IMG/VR virus record: IMGVR_UViG_2508501001_000004
Location: 18,187-82,186 of that record
Direction: 5' to 3' (one strand)
Source of the DNA: a virus
Taxonomy: Duplodnaviria; Caudoviricetes
DNA length: 64,000 bases
The notes beneath the pieces were generated by a model, which saw only the letters and a list, made by a program, of their open reading frames with translations, was not told where the DNA came from and searched no databases. Each line of letters begins with the position of its first letter. The first letter of the stretch is position 1. A program made the position numbers and the translations under genes. Shown piece by piece: positions 62,408 through 64,000 of the stretch.

Positions 62408-64000
62408 ATGAAGAAAATTCGCATCCGCGCGGCACTCTACGCACGTTATAGCTCAGATAATCAACGTGAAGAATCTACCATAGCTCAACTTCGAGCAGGA
62501 CGGGAGCATGCTAAGAAAAAAGGCTATTTAATAGTTGCCGAATATAAGGATGAAGAAATAACCGGCAGATATGATCGACGGGATGATTTTCAAAAGATGA
62601 TTCGTGATGCAAAGCATGGTCTCTTTGATGTAATTATCATACACAAATTTAACCGTTTCGCTCGCAATAGGTATGACTCAGCCATATATAAGCGCATGTT
62701 AAAAAAGGCCGGAGTTCGCGTAGAAAGCGTACTACAGCCTTTAGATGATTCTCCTGAATCAATCTTATTAGAAGCTCTATTGGAAGGAATGGACGAGTAT
62801 TATAGCTTAGATCTTGCCCGAGAGGTCATGAAAGGCATGTTCGAAAATGCGGAGCAGGGAATACACACTGGAGGGAGACCTCCTTATGGACTAAAAGTCA
62901 ATCCAGATACTCATAAGTATGAAATTGATGAAACCAGATACAAAGCTGTCCAGATCTACTTTGAAGGACGAAAAGACGGGATATCGCGTAAAAACATTGC
63001 TGAAAAGCTTAATACTTTAGGGTATAGGACACAAACCGGGAAAAAGTTTACTAGGGACAGTTTTTATGGCTGGGATACTAATAGAAAATATAATGGTGAC
63101 TACGTATTTAATGTGGCTAGTTCTAAAGATGTCGATGGCCGACGTAATACCAGCAAAAAGAAACCCATTGAAGAACAGGTTATTAAAGAGGGAATCATCC
63201 CTAAAGTCCTCGACTCTAAACTTTTCGGGGAAGTGAATGAATTGATAAAGAAGAATAAATATAAGCCTGGCCGAATGAAGGCCAAAGTAAACTATTTACT
63301 TACAGGGAAAGTCTTCTGCGGAAAATGCGGAGCATCGTACAATGGGAACTCTTATCGAAATTCTAAAAGTAAAGAAAATACCCTCTTATGTTATTATAAG
63401 TGTTCTGGAAAATGCAAAAACCCAAGTATGCGGAAGGATGATCTTGAACACATAATAATTAACCAGCTCTCCGTTCATTGTTTCTCTAAAGAAGCTATGG
63501 ACAATATTGTCATAAGGGTCAAAGAACTTTATCAGGAGCGTAGAAAGGAAACTCAGGACGATATTGGTCCGATCAAGAAGGAGATAAAAGAACTTGAGTC
63601 TACTATTGAAAATTGGATGCAAGCATTAGGAAAAGGTATAAGGGGCCTTGAAGAAAGAATTGTAGAAGCTCAAAATAAAATTGATCTTTTCCATGAAGAA
63701 CTGGATCATATAAATATGCTTCAAAAAGAAACAGAAATAAACGATAAAATGATTTACGACTTATTAAAAGAAAAAAAGGATGCTCTCTATTCCGATGATG
63801 AAAACGAAAAGAAGAGCATCCTTCAAGAATATGTAGATAAGGTTATAGTTAACCCTTCAGATAATATCAACACCTTTGACCTAGAAATAACCTACAGGGT
63901 TTTTAATGGTGGAGGCGAGGGGACTTGCACCCCTGTATCGAAGAACGACCACAAAAGCGTCTACGCGTGTATCCTTTATTTTAAGTTTCGCCAGTCGTGA
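62408..64000 (+). CDS. Large serine recombinase (integrase); ORF crosses the att site
   Basis: YARYSSDNQ catalytic Ser, RFARN, GGRPPYG, YLLTGKVFCGKCG zinc ribbon, coiled coil. Confidence 0.95.
   Translation: MKKIRIRAALYARYSSDNQREESTIAQLRAGREHAKKKGYLIVAEYKDEEITGRYDRRDDFQKMIRDAKHGLFDVIIIHKFNRFARNRYDSAIYKRMLKKAGVRVESVLQPLDDSPESILLEALLEGMDEYYSLDLAREVMKGMFENAEQGIHTGGRPPYGLKVNPDTHKYEIDETRYKAVQIYFEGRKDGISRKNIAEKLNTLGYRTQTGKKFTRDSFYGWDTNRKYNGDYVFNVASSKDVDGRRNTSKKKPIEEQVIKEGIIPKVLDSKLFGEVNELIKKNKYKPGRMKAKVNYLLTGKVFCGKCGASYNGNSYRNSKSKENTLLCYYKCSGKCKNPSMRKDDLEHIIINQLSVHCFSKEAMDNIVIRVKELYQERRKETQDDIGPIKKEIKELESTIENWMQALGKGIRGLEERIVEAQNKIDLFHEELDHINMLQKETEINDKMIYDLLKEKKDALYSDDENEKKSILQEYVDKVIVNPSDNINTFDLEITYRVFNGGGEGTCTPVSKNDHKSVYACILYFKFRQS
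63907..63918. repeat. Right attachment-site core
   Basis: TGGTGGAGGCGA; equals the antisense of the tmRNA 3' end and integrase codons (N)GGG. Confidence 0.85.
63907..64000 (-). ncRNA. ssrA: tmRNA, 3' portion (5' part outside window)
   Basis: Minus strand ...GGATACACGCGTAGACGCTTTTGTGG...CAGGGGTGCAAGTCCCCTCGCCTCCACCA: T-arm, acceptor stem and CCA, with no anticodon arm upstream. Confidence 0.8.

Noticed and set aside
63907-63950. tRNA gene at the integration site
   Set aside because: Only the T-arm and acceptor end are tRNA-like; the upstream sequence fits tmRNA helix 2/pk4 rather than an anticodon arm

Overview
The window is dominated by one apparently complete ~59 kb temperate myovirus-type prophage (4900-63918) from a Firmicute, probably a spore-forming clostridial host (inference). 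It is integrated by a large serine recombinase into the 3' end of the tmRNA gene (ssrA, minus strand, partial at 63907-64000). A 12-bp direct repeat, TGGTGGAGGCGA, marks the att sites at 4900-4911 and 63907-63918. From right to left the prophage carries: the lysogeny module (integrase, ImmA-like protease, CI, Cro, with 17-bp operators); early genes (pentapeptide-repeat protein, 3D-domain protein, stand-alone Spo0A C-terminal domain, SMC-like ATPase, UvrD helicase, C5 and adenine methyltransferases, replication initiator, SSB, VRR-NUC, late activator); packaging and head genes (TerS, TerL, SPP1-type portal, MuF protein fused to a RelA/SpoT-like toxin plus a probable immunity gene, scaffold, capsid); a PBSX/xkd-type contractile tail with two free-standing endonuclease genes; lysis genes; and a ~10 kb accessory region. 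That region holds a three-gene membrane/nucleoid-protein operon, a P63C gene, a hammerhead ribozyme cassette, and a pilin-like + M23 peptidase + VirB4/VirD4-like ATPase module. Bases 1-3400 are a decayed remnant of a related prophage whose integrase appears deleted. The most notable observations are: the att site lies inside the integrase ORF, so excision swaps its C-terminus; the minimal T4SS-like triad; the candidate Kiwa-like defence operon; the ribozyme; and several hints of coupling to sporulation and SOS. All product calls come from motif recognition by eye; no database searches were run.
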